A stretch of DNA of 64,000 bases from the human T2T-CHM13v2.0 reference genome, Homo sapiens. This document shows positions 25,700-39,044 of this stretch, piece after piece. Within the stretch, counting starts at the first letter, position 1, and the number at the start of each line of letters is the position of its first letter. A program made the position numbers and the translations under genes. The stretch is from NCBI RefSeq assembly GCF_009914755.1, contig NC_060941.1; one strand, given 5' to 3'. The notes beneath the pieces were generated by a model, which was not told where the DNA came from, searched no databases, and saw only the letters and a list, made by a program, of their open reading frames with translations.

Positions 25700-27356
25700 A
25701 TGATCTTTGGTGGCAGGGCACCCTCCAACACTTCCACCCTGATGAAGTTCTATTCTTTACTTTTATATTCACTCTTATTCTCATTCCCATTCTTATGCCA
25801 CTCTCTACCTCTCCCCAGTTACCTCCAGCATACTATCAATCTCACCCACTCTCTCCTCACTGCCTCCAATCCTTTTCTAGCAAAGAATTGTTGGCTACGC
25901 GTTTCCCTTTCCTCCTGCTTTTACACAGCCATCCCTGCTCTACAGGCTGACTGGGCTACCTCTCCCGTCTCCCTGCAACTCAGAACCTCCTTTAATAACC
26001 CTCATCTTTACCCGCCTGAGGAACTTCTTTATTTTCTAGACAGATTTGGTGAGAACTCCCCAGACATTTCACACCAACGAGCTGCCACACTTCTCCGCAT
26101 CTACTTACGGCATCTTTCTCCTTATGTCAATTCCACTCCTCCCATATTTGGACCCCAACCACACAAACAACTATCCCTGTTGCCGTTTCTTTATGCATCT
26201 CCCGACAACAGCCTGCTGGAATCCCTTTAGGCAACCTTCCACCGTCCAAATGTTCCTTTACTCTTTGTCTCCAGAACCCAGCCACACACATTACCAAACA
26301 GATGGGAGCATTCCAACTTCGCATTACTGACAAGCCCTCTATCATTATTGACAAACTAAAAAACATTGGCAGTCACTATTGTTTAGGAAGACACCTACCC
26401 TGCATCTCACCCCATCCTTGGCTACCACCCTCCCCTGCTCGTCTGAATCTCCTCCTAGCCCCTCCTCTTGCTTGCTTATACCCTGCCCCATGAATAGCAG
26501 CGAAAGGTTACTTGTAGACACTATGCGCTTTCTCATAGACCATGAAAACCAAACCCCTCCCTCTACGCAGTTGCACCATCAATCCCCATTACAACCTCTA
26601 ACGGCTGCTGCCCTTGCTGGATCGCTAGGATTCTGGATGCAGGATTCCTCTTTCAGTACACCCTCTCACCTTTTCACTTTACATTTCCAGTTCTGCCTGA
26701 CACAAGGTCTCTTCTTTTTATGTGGCTCTTCCACCTACATGTGCCTACCTGCCAAATGGATGGGCACATGTACTCTAGTCTTCCTTACCTCCAAAATCCA
26801 GTTTGCAGATGGGAACGAACAACTGCCTGTCCCCCTCATGACATCAACACAACAAAAAAGAGTCATCCCACTAATCCCTTTACTTATTGGTCTAGGACTT
26901 TCTGCCTCCAGTATTGCACTTGGAACTGGAATAGCAGGCATCTCAACCTCTGTCACAACAGTCCGCAGCCTCTCTAATGACTTCTCTGCTAGCACTACAG
27001 ATAGATCACAAACTTTATCTGTTCTCCAAGCCCAGGTTAACTCTTTAGCTGCAGTTGTCCTCCAGAACGGCCAAGGCCGCGATTTACTCACTGCTGAAAA
27101 AGGAGGACTCTGTATATTTTTAAATGAAGAGTGTTGTTTTTACCTAAATCAATCTGGCCTGCTATATGACAACATAAAAAAACTCAAGGATAGAGCCCAA
27201 AAGCTCGCCAACCAAGCAAACAATAACATTGAACCCCCTTGGACACTCTCTAATTGGACGTCCTGGGTACTCCCAATTCTTAGTCCTTTAATACCTATTT
27301 TTCTCCTTCTTTTATTCGGACCTTGTGTCTTTCGTTTAGTTTCTCAATTCATATAA
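25700..27356 (+). pseudogene. HERV-H env, near full length, two frameshifts (about 26157 and 26425) and a stop in the cytoplasmic tail
   Basis: MIFGGRAPSNTSTLMKFYSLLLYSLLFSFPFL signal region, QKR cleavage site, fusion peptide, LQN..DLLTAEKGGL, CIFLNEECC, TM anchor. Confidence 0.88.
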
Positions 27357-27616
27357 AACCGCATCCAGGCCATCATCAGTAATTCTATATGACAAATGCT
27401 CCTTCTAACAACCCCACAATATCATCCCTTGCCCCAAAATCTTTCTTCAGTTGAATCTCTCCCACTGTAGGTTCCCACACCGCCCCTGATCCCGCTCGAA
27501 GCAGCCTTGAGAAACATCGCCCATTATCTCTCCATACCACCCCCAAAATTTGTCACTGCTCCAACACTTCACCACTATTTTGTTTTGCTTTTCTTATTAA
27601 TATAAGAAGACAGGAA

Positions 27617-28040
27617 TGTCAGCCCTCTGAGCCCAAGCTAAGCCATCATATCCCGTGACCTGCATATACATCCAGATGGCCTGAAGCAACTGAAGATCCA
27701 CAAAGGAAGTGAAAATAGCCTTAACTGATGACATTCCACCATTGTGATTTGTTTCTGCCCCATCCTAACTGATCAATGTACTTTGTAATCTCTCCCACCC
27801 TTAAGAAGGTTCTTTGTAATTCTCCCCACCCTTGAGAGTGTACTTTGTGAGATCCACCCCCTGCCGGCAAAACATTGCTCCTAACCCAACCGCCTACCCC
27901 AAACCTGTAAGAACTAATGATAATCCACCACCCTTTGCTGACTCTTTTCAGAATCAGCCCGCCTGCACCCAGGTGAAATAAACAGCCTTGTTGCTCACAC
28001 AAAGCCTGTTTGGTGGGCTTTTCACACGGAGGCGCTAACA
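27617..28040 (+). repeat. 3' LTR7
   Basis: direct repeat of 19622-20068, preceded by purine tract aagaagacaggaa. Confidence 0.92.
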
Positions 28041-28979
28041 CAAGGTGTATAAGAAAAGTAAATATACCTTTGGTAAAAGGATTATAAGAAGGCATAAGAA
28101 TGTAAATTTTTACCTAGATTAAAAGGTTAAAAAAATTGTTTTGAAGGTTTAAGCAAGTTTTAAAACATTAATTATAAAAAAATTCTGTGTGTAAACGTAT
28201 TAGCTAAAGTTAAAGGGGTATCATCCAGTTTTTCTGTGAACTGGACATTAAAGTAAAAACACAATGGGTTTTTCTTAAAGCACTAACTTGCTCTTTAACA
28301 AAGATTATAAAAGGTTAAAAAGAGTCTATAAAAATCTTACCTTACGGTCTGACATTAAAAATTGAATAAATATGTATACAAAGTTTTATTAAAACTAAGT
28401 TTAACATTAATAGCACACTAATATAAAGGTGAAATTTAGCTTATCTGGTATAAAAATCATACAGAAAGCATTATTAAATATAAAACAGTGTTTGGCTTTC
28501 TTTGGTCCAAAAACTAATAAAAATAGGTGGTAAAGGAAATTTCTCAGTAAAAAGGCACCAAAGCCTATAAAGTCCACTCTTGATGTCCCCACATTTGAAA
28601 CAAAAAATCAATTTCTTAGAAATTATATACTTGGTTTGTCTTCCACTTTCCTTTCCCTCAAAACTAAAAGCCTTTTAGCACAGGTGCCAGCCCTAGAATT
28701 TCCAGTAAACCAGCACCAGCCTGAAGATCACCTTCTTATCAAAGGGAGGAAAGAAAACAAATTTTTCAAAGGAAAAGTTTTTCTTATCAAAGGAAAGAAA
28801 GAAAACAAAGGGAGGAAAGAAAACAAGCCAGCCTAGGAAGGACCCGACCTTGTGCTGCTAACCACCGAGACTGCTGTCCCTACAGTGGAAAAGGGATGGA
28901 CTCATCACACCCGAGTCAAAGCTCCACCCCCTCCGGAGTCGTGGGCCCCAGTCCAAGGGGAAAACCCTACCAAACTAAA

Positions 28980-30200
28980 GCTAAGAAATATTTAACTCTT
29001 TTATCTATTCTATTACTCTTTCTTCTTTCCTCGCTCTATTGCTGACCATCTGGTTATTAACACAACCAAATCAATTTCACCTCAAACTATTGCATTTAAT
29101 GCTTGTCTTGTTATACCCTGTGGGGACTTGCCAAGTCGAAGACAGCTCTCTACTTCAGAAAAGTACTTCTGTCCCTCCTGACTCTCCTCAGACTGGGCAT
29201 TAGTAAATTAGGACCATTTAATCCGGGGGAATTTCAATAAAGACTCCAGTGTCAACCAGGAGTCTTGCTCCCCAATGTAGAGCTTTTATGCCGTAGTTGG
29301 TCCAACATTCTGTGGACCACTAAAGAGCAAGAATGGACTGCCCCAACCAGTTTTTGTAATTTCCCAAAATCATACATTCATTTTACTAGAAGTTCATATT
29401 AGTTAAAGACTTAAAACAAACTTTGGCAATTAAGACAGCATACCAAGATGCAAATGCCTGGTTGAAATGGATCAAATATTCCATCCGCACGTTAAACAAA
29501 AGCAACTGTTACGCTTGTGCACATGGCAGGCCAGAGGTCCTGATTGTCCCCTTTCCACTAAGGTGGTCCTCCAGTCGACCAGGTGTGGCTGCATGGTAGC
29601 TCTTCTCCAGGATTCTACAGCCTGGAGTAATAAGTTGTGCCAAGCTCTCTCTGCTGTATCCGAAAGTCTGGCGCCTTGCGGGTCAGCCCCCGAGGGCCAT
29701 CGAGCCGCCGTCTCCCAATACTAAGTTCACTTCGTGTCTCTCATGACAGGGAGGAAACTTAGCATTCCTTGGAAACCTGAAGGGATGCAGTGAGCTTAAA
29801 AATTTTCAAGAGCCTATCAATCAGCCAGCCCTTGTTCATCCCTGAGTGGATGTGAGCGGATGTGTGGTGGTATTGTGGTGGACCTTTACTGGGCACTCTG
29901 CCGAATAACTGGAGTGGCGCTTGTACTTTAGTCCGATTGGCTATCCCTTTCACCCTGGCATTCCATCAACCAGAGGGAGGAAAAATAAGACATCGTAAAG
30001 CAAGAGAAGCCCCTTATGGGTCTTTCGACTCTCATTTCCATTTAGACGCAATTGGAGTCCCACGGGGAATACTAGATCAATTTAAAACTTGAAATCAAAT
30101 AGCGGCAGGATTTGAGTCAATATTTTGGTAGATGACAGTTAATAAAAATGTAAATTGGATAAACTACATCTATTACAACAAACAGCAACAAGCTTTTCAT
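28980..30200 (+). pseudogene. Env-like remnant within Harlequin (possibly HERV-I-like)
   Basis: WWYCGGPLLGTLPNNWSGACTLVRLAIPF, RHRKAR, DAIGVPRG motifs; disrupted. Confidence 0.6.
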
Positions 30201-30214
30201 GAGTTAAAAGAAAA

Positions 30215-30760
30215 ACGTAGGCCCCAGCCCTGGGGCTATCAGACCTGACAAAACCCTTTACACCCTATGTGTCAGAAAGAGAAAAAATGCAGTTGGAGTT
30301 TTAACCCAGACTGTGGGACCCTGGCTAAGGCCAGTGGCCTATCTCTCAAAACAACTAGACGGGGTTTCCAAAGCCTGGCCCCCGTGTCTAAGGGCCCTGG
30401 CAGCAACGGCCCTGTTAGCACAAGAAGCAGATAAACTAACCCTTGGACAAAACCTGAATATAAAGGCCCCCCACGCTGTGGTAACTTTAATGACTACCAA
30501 AGGTCATCACTGGTTAACAAATGCTAGATTAACCAAGTACCAAAGCTTGCTACGTGAAAATCCCCACATAACCACTGCAGTTTGCAACACGCTAAACCCC
30601 GCCACCTTGCTCCTGATATGAGAGAGCCCAGTTGAACATAACTGTGTAGAGGTGTTGGACTCAGTTTATTCTAGCAGGCGCAACCTCCGAGACCATCCTT
30701 GAACATCAGTAGGCTGTGAGTGGTACGTGGACGGAAGCAGCTTCGCCAGCCCCTGCAAAG
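30215..30760 (+). pseudogene. pol fragment (RT connection/RNase H)
   Basis: RPVAYLSKQLD..WPPCLRALAA..LTNARLTKYQ..LNPATLL, WYVDGSS. Confidence 0.8.
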
Positions 30761-30832
30761 TGACTCTGAGGAAGACGACAAGCCCTGCTCCAGTCACACC
30801 TGGAAGCTGACTGGTCCACACATGGCCGAAGC

Positions 30833-32895
30833 ATGAGAAAACTCATCGTGGGACTCATTTTCCTTAAAATTTGGACTTGTACAGTAAGGACTTCAACTGA
30901 CCTTCCTCAGACTGAGGACTGTTCCCAGTGTATACATCAAGTCACTGAGGTAGGACAAAAAGTTGCCACAGTCCTATTATTTTATGATTATTGTAAGTGT
31001 ACCAGGACTCTAAAAAAAAAAAAAGTTTGTATAATGCTATTCTATGCAAGGTATGTAGCCCAAGAAATGACCAACCTGATGTGTGTTATGACCTGAGTCT
31101 CCCATGACCACAGCTTTTGAAATAAGATTAAGGACTGAGGACTGGTAGGGACTCATAAACGATACGAGTAAAGTGTTAGCCAAAATGAAAGAAAAAGGGG
31201 TGCCCAAACAAGTCACTTTAAAGTTTGATGCCTGTGCTGTCATTAATAGTAATAAGTTAAAAATAGAATGTGGTTCCCTTAATTAGAAAAGAGGCCATAT
31301 GACAAAAAATAAGTACATTTGTCATAAATTAAAACTGTGTGGAAATAAATGTAAATACTGGTCTTGTGTCATTTAGGCTACTTAAATAAAAAATAAAAAG
31401 GATCCTGTCCACCTTCAAAAAGGAAAAAGTGGCCCTTCCTGTACCAGTGGTCAGTGTAACCCCTTAGAACTAGTAATAACCAACCCCCTTGATCCTCGCT
31501 GGAAAAAAGGGGAGCATGTAACCCTAGGAATCAATGGGGCTGAACTGGATCCTTGAGTAAATATCATGGTTTGAGGAGAAATTTATAAACGCTCTCCTGA
31601 GACAGTATTTCAAACCTTCTATGATCAACTGAATGTGCCTGCACCAGAAATTCCAGGAAAAACAAGACATTTGTTTTTGCAATTAGCCGAGCATGTGGCC
31701 CAGTCTCTCAATGTCACTTCATGTTATGTGTGTGGACGAACTGTAATGGGAGATCAATGGCCACGGGAAGCCCGAGAATTAGTACCTACAGACCCAGTTC
31801 CTGATGAATTCCCGGCTCAAAAGAATCACCCTGATAACTTCTGGGTCCTAAAAGCCTCAATCATTAGACAATACTGTATATAGCAAGAGTGGGGAAGGAC
31901 TTCACCTTTCCTGTGGGAAGACTCAGCTGCTTAGGCAAAAACTGTATAATACTACTACAAAAACAGCCACCTAGTGGAGTTCAAACCACACTAAGAAAAA
32001 TCCATTTAGTAAATTCCCAAAGTTGCAAACTGTGTGAACCCACCCGGAGTCCCACAGGGACTGGACAGCCCCCACTGGATTATACTGGATATGTAGGCAT
32101 AGAGTTTACACCAAATTACCCGACCAGTGGGCAGGTAGTCATGTTATTGGCACTATTAAACCATCTTTCTTCCTACTGCCCATAAAGACAGGCGAACTCC
32201 TGGGCTTCCCTGTCTGTGCTTCCCGCAAAAAGAGAAGCATAGCTATAAAAAATTCAAAAGATAATACATGGCCCCCTGAAAGAATCATACAATATTATGG
32301 GCCTGGTACTTAGGCACAAGATGGCTCCTAGGGATACCCGACCCCCATTTACATGCTCAACCGAATCATACGGTTACAAGCTGTCTTAGAAATAATCACT
32401 AATAAGACCGGCAGAGCCTTGACTATTCTGGCCTGGCAAGAAACTCAGATGAGAAATGCTATCTATCAAAATAGATTGGCTCTCGACTACTTGCTAGCAG
32501 CTGAAGGAGAGGTCTGTAAAAAATTTAACCTTACTAATTGCTGTCTACACATAGATGATCGAGGGCAATTAGTTGAAGACACAGTTAGAAATATGACAAA
32601 ACTGGCACATGTGCCCGTGCAAGTGTGGCATGGATTTGGTCCTGGGGCCATGTTTGGAAAATGGTTCCCAGCACTAAAAAGATTTAAAACTCTTATATTA
32701 GGAGTTACAATAGCAATAGAAACCTGCGTTCTGCTCCCTTGTTTGCTACCCATACTTCTTCAAATGATAAAAAGCTTCATCGCTACCTTAGTTCACCAAA
32801 ATGCTTCAGCACAACTGTACTATATGAATCACTATCGATCTGTCTTGCAAGAAAACATAGGTAGTAAAAATAAAAGTGACAACTCCCACTACTGA
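30833..32895 (+). pseudogene. HERV-E/ERV3-type env, disrupted SU with an open 180-codon TM segment (32353-32895)
   Basis: MRKLIVGLIFL signal, CYVC, RKKR furin site, [11 protein letters not shown] immunosuppressive domain, [10 protein letters not shown], hydrophobic anchor. Confidence 0.82.
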
Positions 32896-32918
32896 GTGAG
32901 ATTCTCAGAGAGGGAGAA

Positions 32919-33370
32919 TAAGGGAGACCACCCCTCATATTGTTTTACGCCCAATTTCTGCCTCCAAAGAGAGAAGTAAAAACTAAAAGGCAGAAATGAA
33001 ATCCACAAGCAGACAGCCTGCACCACACCCTGGGCCTGGTAGTTAAAGATCGACGCCTGACCTAATCAGTGATGCTATCTATAGATTACAGACGTTATAT
33101 AGAAAAGCACCGTGAAAATCCCTGTCCTGTTCTGTTCCGTTCTAATTACGGGTGCATGCAGCCCCCAGTCACGTACCCCCTGCTTGCTCAATCAATCACG
33201 ACCCTCTCACGCAGACCCCTGAAGAGTTGTGAGCCCTTAAAAGGGACAGGAATTGCTCACTCGGGGAGCTCGGTTGTTGGAGACGTGAGTCTTGCCGAAG
33301 CTCCCAGCTGAATAAAGCCCTTCTTTAACTCGGTGTCTGAGGGGTTTTGTCTGCGGCTTGTCCTGCTACA
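32919..33370 (+). repeat. 3' LTR2
   Basis: direct repeat of 17157-17610, followed by TSD CTCT. Confidence 0.9.
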
Positions 33371-33545
33371 CTCTGGTGGGAAAGACACCGCAGCAGGGGA
33401 GCAGGGTGCGCAGGGTGCAGTGGGTGACGCTCATTCGCTGAAAACTGACCCTGCTTTCAAAGCCTTGTCAGTTCCCAAAGCTGTATGAAGCCTTTCCTGA
33501 GCCTCAACCTCTAGAGTCTAATTTCATCCTCTGTATTTTCCCCTT

Positions 33546-33934
33546 TGTTAGTCCAAACTGCGTCATTTTGTAAGCCCCTTTCCATTTTGTAGACCTTGGT
33601 CAAAGTGAAACATTCCACGGGGGTTCGAGCCATGAGAAACAGCCTGCCTCTTAACATATTCTGCTGGGACAAAGCGCCAGGAACACCACATTCTGCCGGA
33701 ACCACCTCATCCTGGGAACACGTTAACATCTTCCCGGACAGCAAGCCATACTGCCTAGATCCCTCCTGCCCAGGCCTATGAGTACCCCAGCCTGTAATCG
33801 CTGGTGGGCTCTGGCATTAAGCTGGCCCCCGACAGGTGTTTGCAATACACCTGTGTTGCTGTAGAGCCGCCCGCGCGCCGGCAATCTCACTGTGCGTCAT
33901 TCTTTAACCTTCACCTTCCCTTCAAAACCTAACA
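33546..33934 (+). mobile_element. Solo LTR (ERV1 class, possibly MER61-like)
   Basis: termini TGTTAG...CTAACA and 5-bp TSD CCCTT on both sides; family name tentative. Confidence 0.75.
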
Positions 33935-34782
33935 CCCTTGACGTTTATATTCAGGCTATTATATATACATACACACATACACCCTTCTGAATCCTCCCAG
34001 GAGAATATAAAACCATGGGTTAAACTGCTACACTTCAGCTTCAGTGGCTGCCTTTCAGTGCTTCAAATACACCAACCTCTTTCCCACCCCGGGACCTGCA
34101 CGAGAAAGCTGCTCCACTCACCCGCCGTGCTCTTTCACTCACCCTTCAGGTGTCTTCAATATCGCCTCTCAGGCCTTTCCCAACCACCGGTTTAAAGTCG
34201 GCTCCCCACAAATAAATACATATTCTCCCTCACAGTACTTCGCACAACACCTGGCACAGCGAGAGCACTGAACCAACACTCATTCAATGAGGAACACGAG
34301 GTAAGAACCAAGACCCCCCAAGGTCGCCGTACTTTGTCTGGTAGGAGAAGCTTTCTGCCCAGCAAGGTCCGACCCAGATGAAACCCCGTCCAAGTCTGCA
34401 GCACCCCCGTGAGTCCAGCCCGCTAAACTGTGAAGAATTTAAATACACGACACCTGCCCTCAAAAGCTTGAGGGCACCCCTGAGCTGCCATCGAGGTGGG
34501 GGCGTCAACGACAGGCGCTCAGTAAGTGCTCCTGAGGCAACTGCCGGGCTGTCCTGGACCTGGTGAATCCTTTCGGGGTTCAGCAAAGGCGGACGCTGAC
34601 CGGGCCAAGGAGTGGGACCTGCAGTGCTGGACCACCCTTTTCCAAGCGCAGAAGTGCCGTGCCCGCCGGCTCTCAACAGGGCAAGAGGCCCCTCTCGCCG
34701 TGCAGAGCGCAGCGCTTGCGGCGGGGACAGCAGAGGCGGGACGGGCGTCACGGAGTTCCCGGGTCCTCGCGCGGTCACTTAC

Positions 34783-35020
34783 CTGGCCTCAGCTATCCGC
34801 TGAAAAAGGGGCGGACGGCCTCCCGGGATCCGAGCCGATATCGCGCGCGGCGCCGCGGGGCAACCTGAAGCCGTGTGCGTGCGTGTGCGTTCACGCAGGG
34901 GCTCACCCAGCGGCCACGGGCTTCTGAAGACCCGGGTGGGAAGTGCGGCCCGGGAAAGCGCAAGCGTCTCCATGGCAACGAGGGCGGACGGCGTCAGAGC
35001 GAGTCGCTTCCGGAAGTGAC
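34783..35020 (-). ncRNA. RNF213-AS1: Probable first exon of the antisense lncRNA running back over the ERV into RNF213
   Basis: perfect CAG|GTAAGT donor on - strand at 34783/34782, divergent from ENDOV; name from recalled annotation; TSS approximate. Confidence 0.6.
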
Positions 35021-35048
35021 GTGCGGAAGGGGTGCCCGGGACGAAGCC

Positions 35049-35104
35049 ATGGCCCTGGAGGCGGCGGGAGGGCCGCCGGAGGAAACGCTGTCACTGTGGA
35101 AACG
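35049..35104 (+). CDS. ENDOV: ENDOV exon 1 (endonuclease V, inosine-specific RNase), MALEAAGGPPEETLSLWKR
   Basis: Kozak gccATGG; CG|gtaatg donor. Confidence 0.95.
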
Positions 35105-35503
35105 GTAATGCTGTCAGGCGACGCGCAGGAGGCGGGGGCCGAGGCCGGGCGGCCCTTCGCGGACCCTCCGAGCTCATAGTCTTCAGGCTGTGGAATCGGA
35201 GCTGCCACCGCCCGAGACTCCAAAGCAAAGCCCAGTTTCCGGCGCGGAAGCGGAGGGATCTCAGGAATTGTAGTCCGCGGGGTGGGCGCGGTTCTCGCTT
35301 CCGGCCAGTTTGTCTGGCCTGCGCTTGCGCGGGTCTCCGCCGCCTGGGCTCCTAGGGACTGTGGCCTCGGCGGTATGTCCCTTGCTTTCCCTTGAAGCGG
35401 GAGAAGACCCGGCAGAGGCGCTCTGTCCGCTGCAGCCGCGCGGGTGGAGGAGGCAGAGTCTGAGGTGTGACCCCGACCAAGTTTGACGCTTCTGTCCTCC
35501 TAG

Positions 35504-36150
<647 letters not shown>

Positions 36151-36542
36151 TTAAGGGAATTCTGTGACTATTAAGAATCAGCTCATGAGCTTTATCTTCA
36201 AGTCTGATTGTTATCTTGGGTTCTTCATCTCAGTGACCTGTCCACCACGCTCCCAGTTGCCCAAGCTGGAGATCTGCATCCTCCTGGGCCCCTCCGTTCC
36301 TCTCGCGTCCAGTTGCACACTAGCTCGCTTTTATTCTGCCTCTTAAATGTCGCTGGAATCTGTCCCCTTGTCTGTTTCCCCTCTGCTCCTTCCCTGGCTG
36401 TGCCACCATCACTCCTGTGGGTTCCTGAGCAGCATTTTCATGGGTGCCCTGGCTCAAATGTTCCTCCTCAGTGGTTTCTTTTCCATACTGCCAGCAGACC
36501 AATTTTCCTAAAAAGCAAGTATTTTCCTCAAAAGCAACAAGT

Positions 36543-36910
36543 CCCCTCCCTCCCTCCCTCCCTCCCTTCCTTCCTTCCTTCCTTCCTCCCTTCCTTCCTC
36601 TCTCTGTCTCTCTTTCCTTCCTTTCCCCTTCCCCCACTCTGTGCCCAGGCTGAAGTGCAGTGGCATAATCTTGGCTCACTGTCAAGATCTGATCTCAACC
36701 TCCTGGACTCAAGTGATCCTCCCACCTTAGCCTGAGTAGCTAGGACCACAGGTGTGAGCCACTACACCCGGCTTATTTTTTTATTTTTTGTAGAGACAGG
36801 ATCTCACTATGTTGCCCAGGGTGGTCTCCAGCTCCTGGGCTCAAGGGATCCTCCTACCTTGGCCTCCCCAAGTGCTGAGATTACAGGTGGGAACCACCAC
36901 ACCCAGCCCA
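36543..36910 (-). mobile_element. AluJ-like element with (CCTT)/(CCCT)n microsatellite at its tail
   Basis: pyrimidine microsatellite 36543-36635, then antisense Alu. Confidence 0.8.
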
Positions 36911-37265
36911 CAAGTCCTCTTAGAACATTGAAGTGCCCTTCTCATGACCTCATGGTGAATAAAGTTCACTCTGGTTGGCATGGCTTCAAGGCCCGTCATG
37001 ACCTGTCCCCTGCGTAATTTAATATGACGCTGGAGGCTCAGCCCTCACCACTATTCTCAGTTCTTCCCACCTCCTACAGCCCACTGTGAGTCCCTCACGT
37101 GTTTGCTACGCTGTATTTGGCGGCCTGACCTTTGCAGTAATGTTTCTTCTGGAAGGGTTTCCATCTGGCTAACTACTACTCATCTCTTTGGGCTCAGTTT
37201 AGACATGACGTCCTCCACTAAGCTCCCTCTCATCCCACAAGACGAGGACTTGTCCCTCAGCACCA

Positions 37266-37557
37266 TGTCTTAGTCCGTTTGGGCTGCTGTAATAGAATAC
37301 CTTAGACTGGGTGGCCTACCCACAGCAGGAATTTATTTCTCACAGTTCTGGAGGCTGGAGGCTCAAGATCAGGGTGCCAGCGCAATCAGGTTGTGGTGAC
37401 GGCGCTCTTTCAGGTTGCACAGGGCCAGCTTCTTAACCGTGTTCTCACATGGTGATCCACTCACCTCCCTAGAGGCCCCACCTCGTAATACCATCACCTA
37501 TGGGTTATAATTTCAACATAGGAATTTGGGGAGGACACCAGCATTTAGACCGTAGCA
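37266..37557 (-). mobile_element. MaLR solo LTR (MLT1A/MST-like)
   Basis: tgtcttagtccgtttgggctgc...cacagttctggaggctg...catttagaccgtagca. Confidence 0.75.
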
Positions 37558-38743
37558 ACCCTCTGCTTCCTCTTGTCTTGCTGGGATGGAACTGGCCTGT
37601 CTTCCCTACTGGAATATAAACTCCATGATGGTAGAAACCATGTTGCTTTGCCCACCATGGATAGCATGAGGAAGACGCTGGACTCTTCCTTCAAGAGATA
37701 CGTGTGTGAATGGACAGTGGGCTCATGATTCACATAAGAGTCAACAGCTCCGGAAGCCTCTTGGCGTCACTCGCATTGCTCCTCTGCTGACTCCCGAAGG
37801 TGACAAACGTCTTCCTGCTTCCATGGCTTTGTGCTTTACTTGGGAGGCCCTTTTCAGTCCAAATCAAGCAAAAATGTACTGAGTGCCTACTGTGTGCTAA
37901 GATTGGGATATTCAGCAGCCCCTACTCTAAGAGGTCCCCTGGCCATTGTGTAGGCTAGCATAGGGAGTGGGGACACAGTCTTAGGGTCCTGACTACTCAT
38001 GCTCACACCCAACTCTGCCACTCCCCACTTTGCCCTCTAGGCCTCTGTCTCCTTTTTTCTGACTTGAGGATGATAGTGGTATTAATATCCAGCTCACAGA
38101 ATTGTGATGAGCAGTACATGAAATGCATGGAAAGCAGTTAACACAGCATTCCCTTCCCCCTCCAACTTCTCCTGGCTGCAAATTAATCACCTCATCTGCA
38201 TCCTGGGCCTCTTTTGAATGCACATGCTGTTAGAGCGCTTCTCACATTGTATTAAAGTTAGTCATTTATGATTCCATTTTTCCCACTAACTGTAGGTTCT
38301 CAAGAGTAGGGTGTACCATATTTCTTTTACAACCCCAGCACCAAGCAAAGCACCTGCTACTTCGTCGGTATTCATTGTTCCGGCTATGAAAGCTTAGACT
38401 AGGAAAGGATCTTGGAACAGTCTGGTCCACTGGTTCCTGAATGCCCGACCGTGGACCTGCAGGAGCAGAATCACCCAGAAGTGTGTTGAGAAACAGATTC
38501 CGTAGGCACATCCACAGAGACAGAAAGTGGATCCTTGGGCCTTGGAGTTGGGGTGGGATGGATGGGAAGTGACTGCTGATGAGGATGAGGTTTATTTAGG
38601 GGTTAAGGAAAATGTTCTAAAGTTAGATTGTAGTGATATTGCACAACTCTGTAAATACCAAAACCATCGCATTATATGTTTTAAACAAGTGAACTTTATG
38701 GTATGTTAATTGTATCTCAGTAAACCTGTTAGGAAAAAAAACA

Positions 38744-39044
<301 letters not shown>

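Larger units (their letters stand above)
19622..28040 (+). mobile_element. HERV-H provirus (8.4 kb) nested in Harlequin
   Basis: two LTR7, flanking duplication CAAG (19618-19621 and 28041-28044); host sequence resumes after it; C-rich gag-pro-pol-env. Confidence 0.93.
17157..33370 (+). mobile_element. LTR2-flanked Harlequin/HERV-E-type provirus, interrupted by HERV-H
   Basis: paired LTRs of about 453 bp, 4-bp TSD CTCT (17153-17156 and 33371-33374), Glu PBS, polypurine tract 32907-32918, gag/pol/env remnants. Confidence 0.9.
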
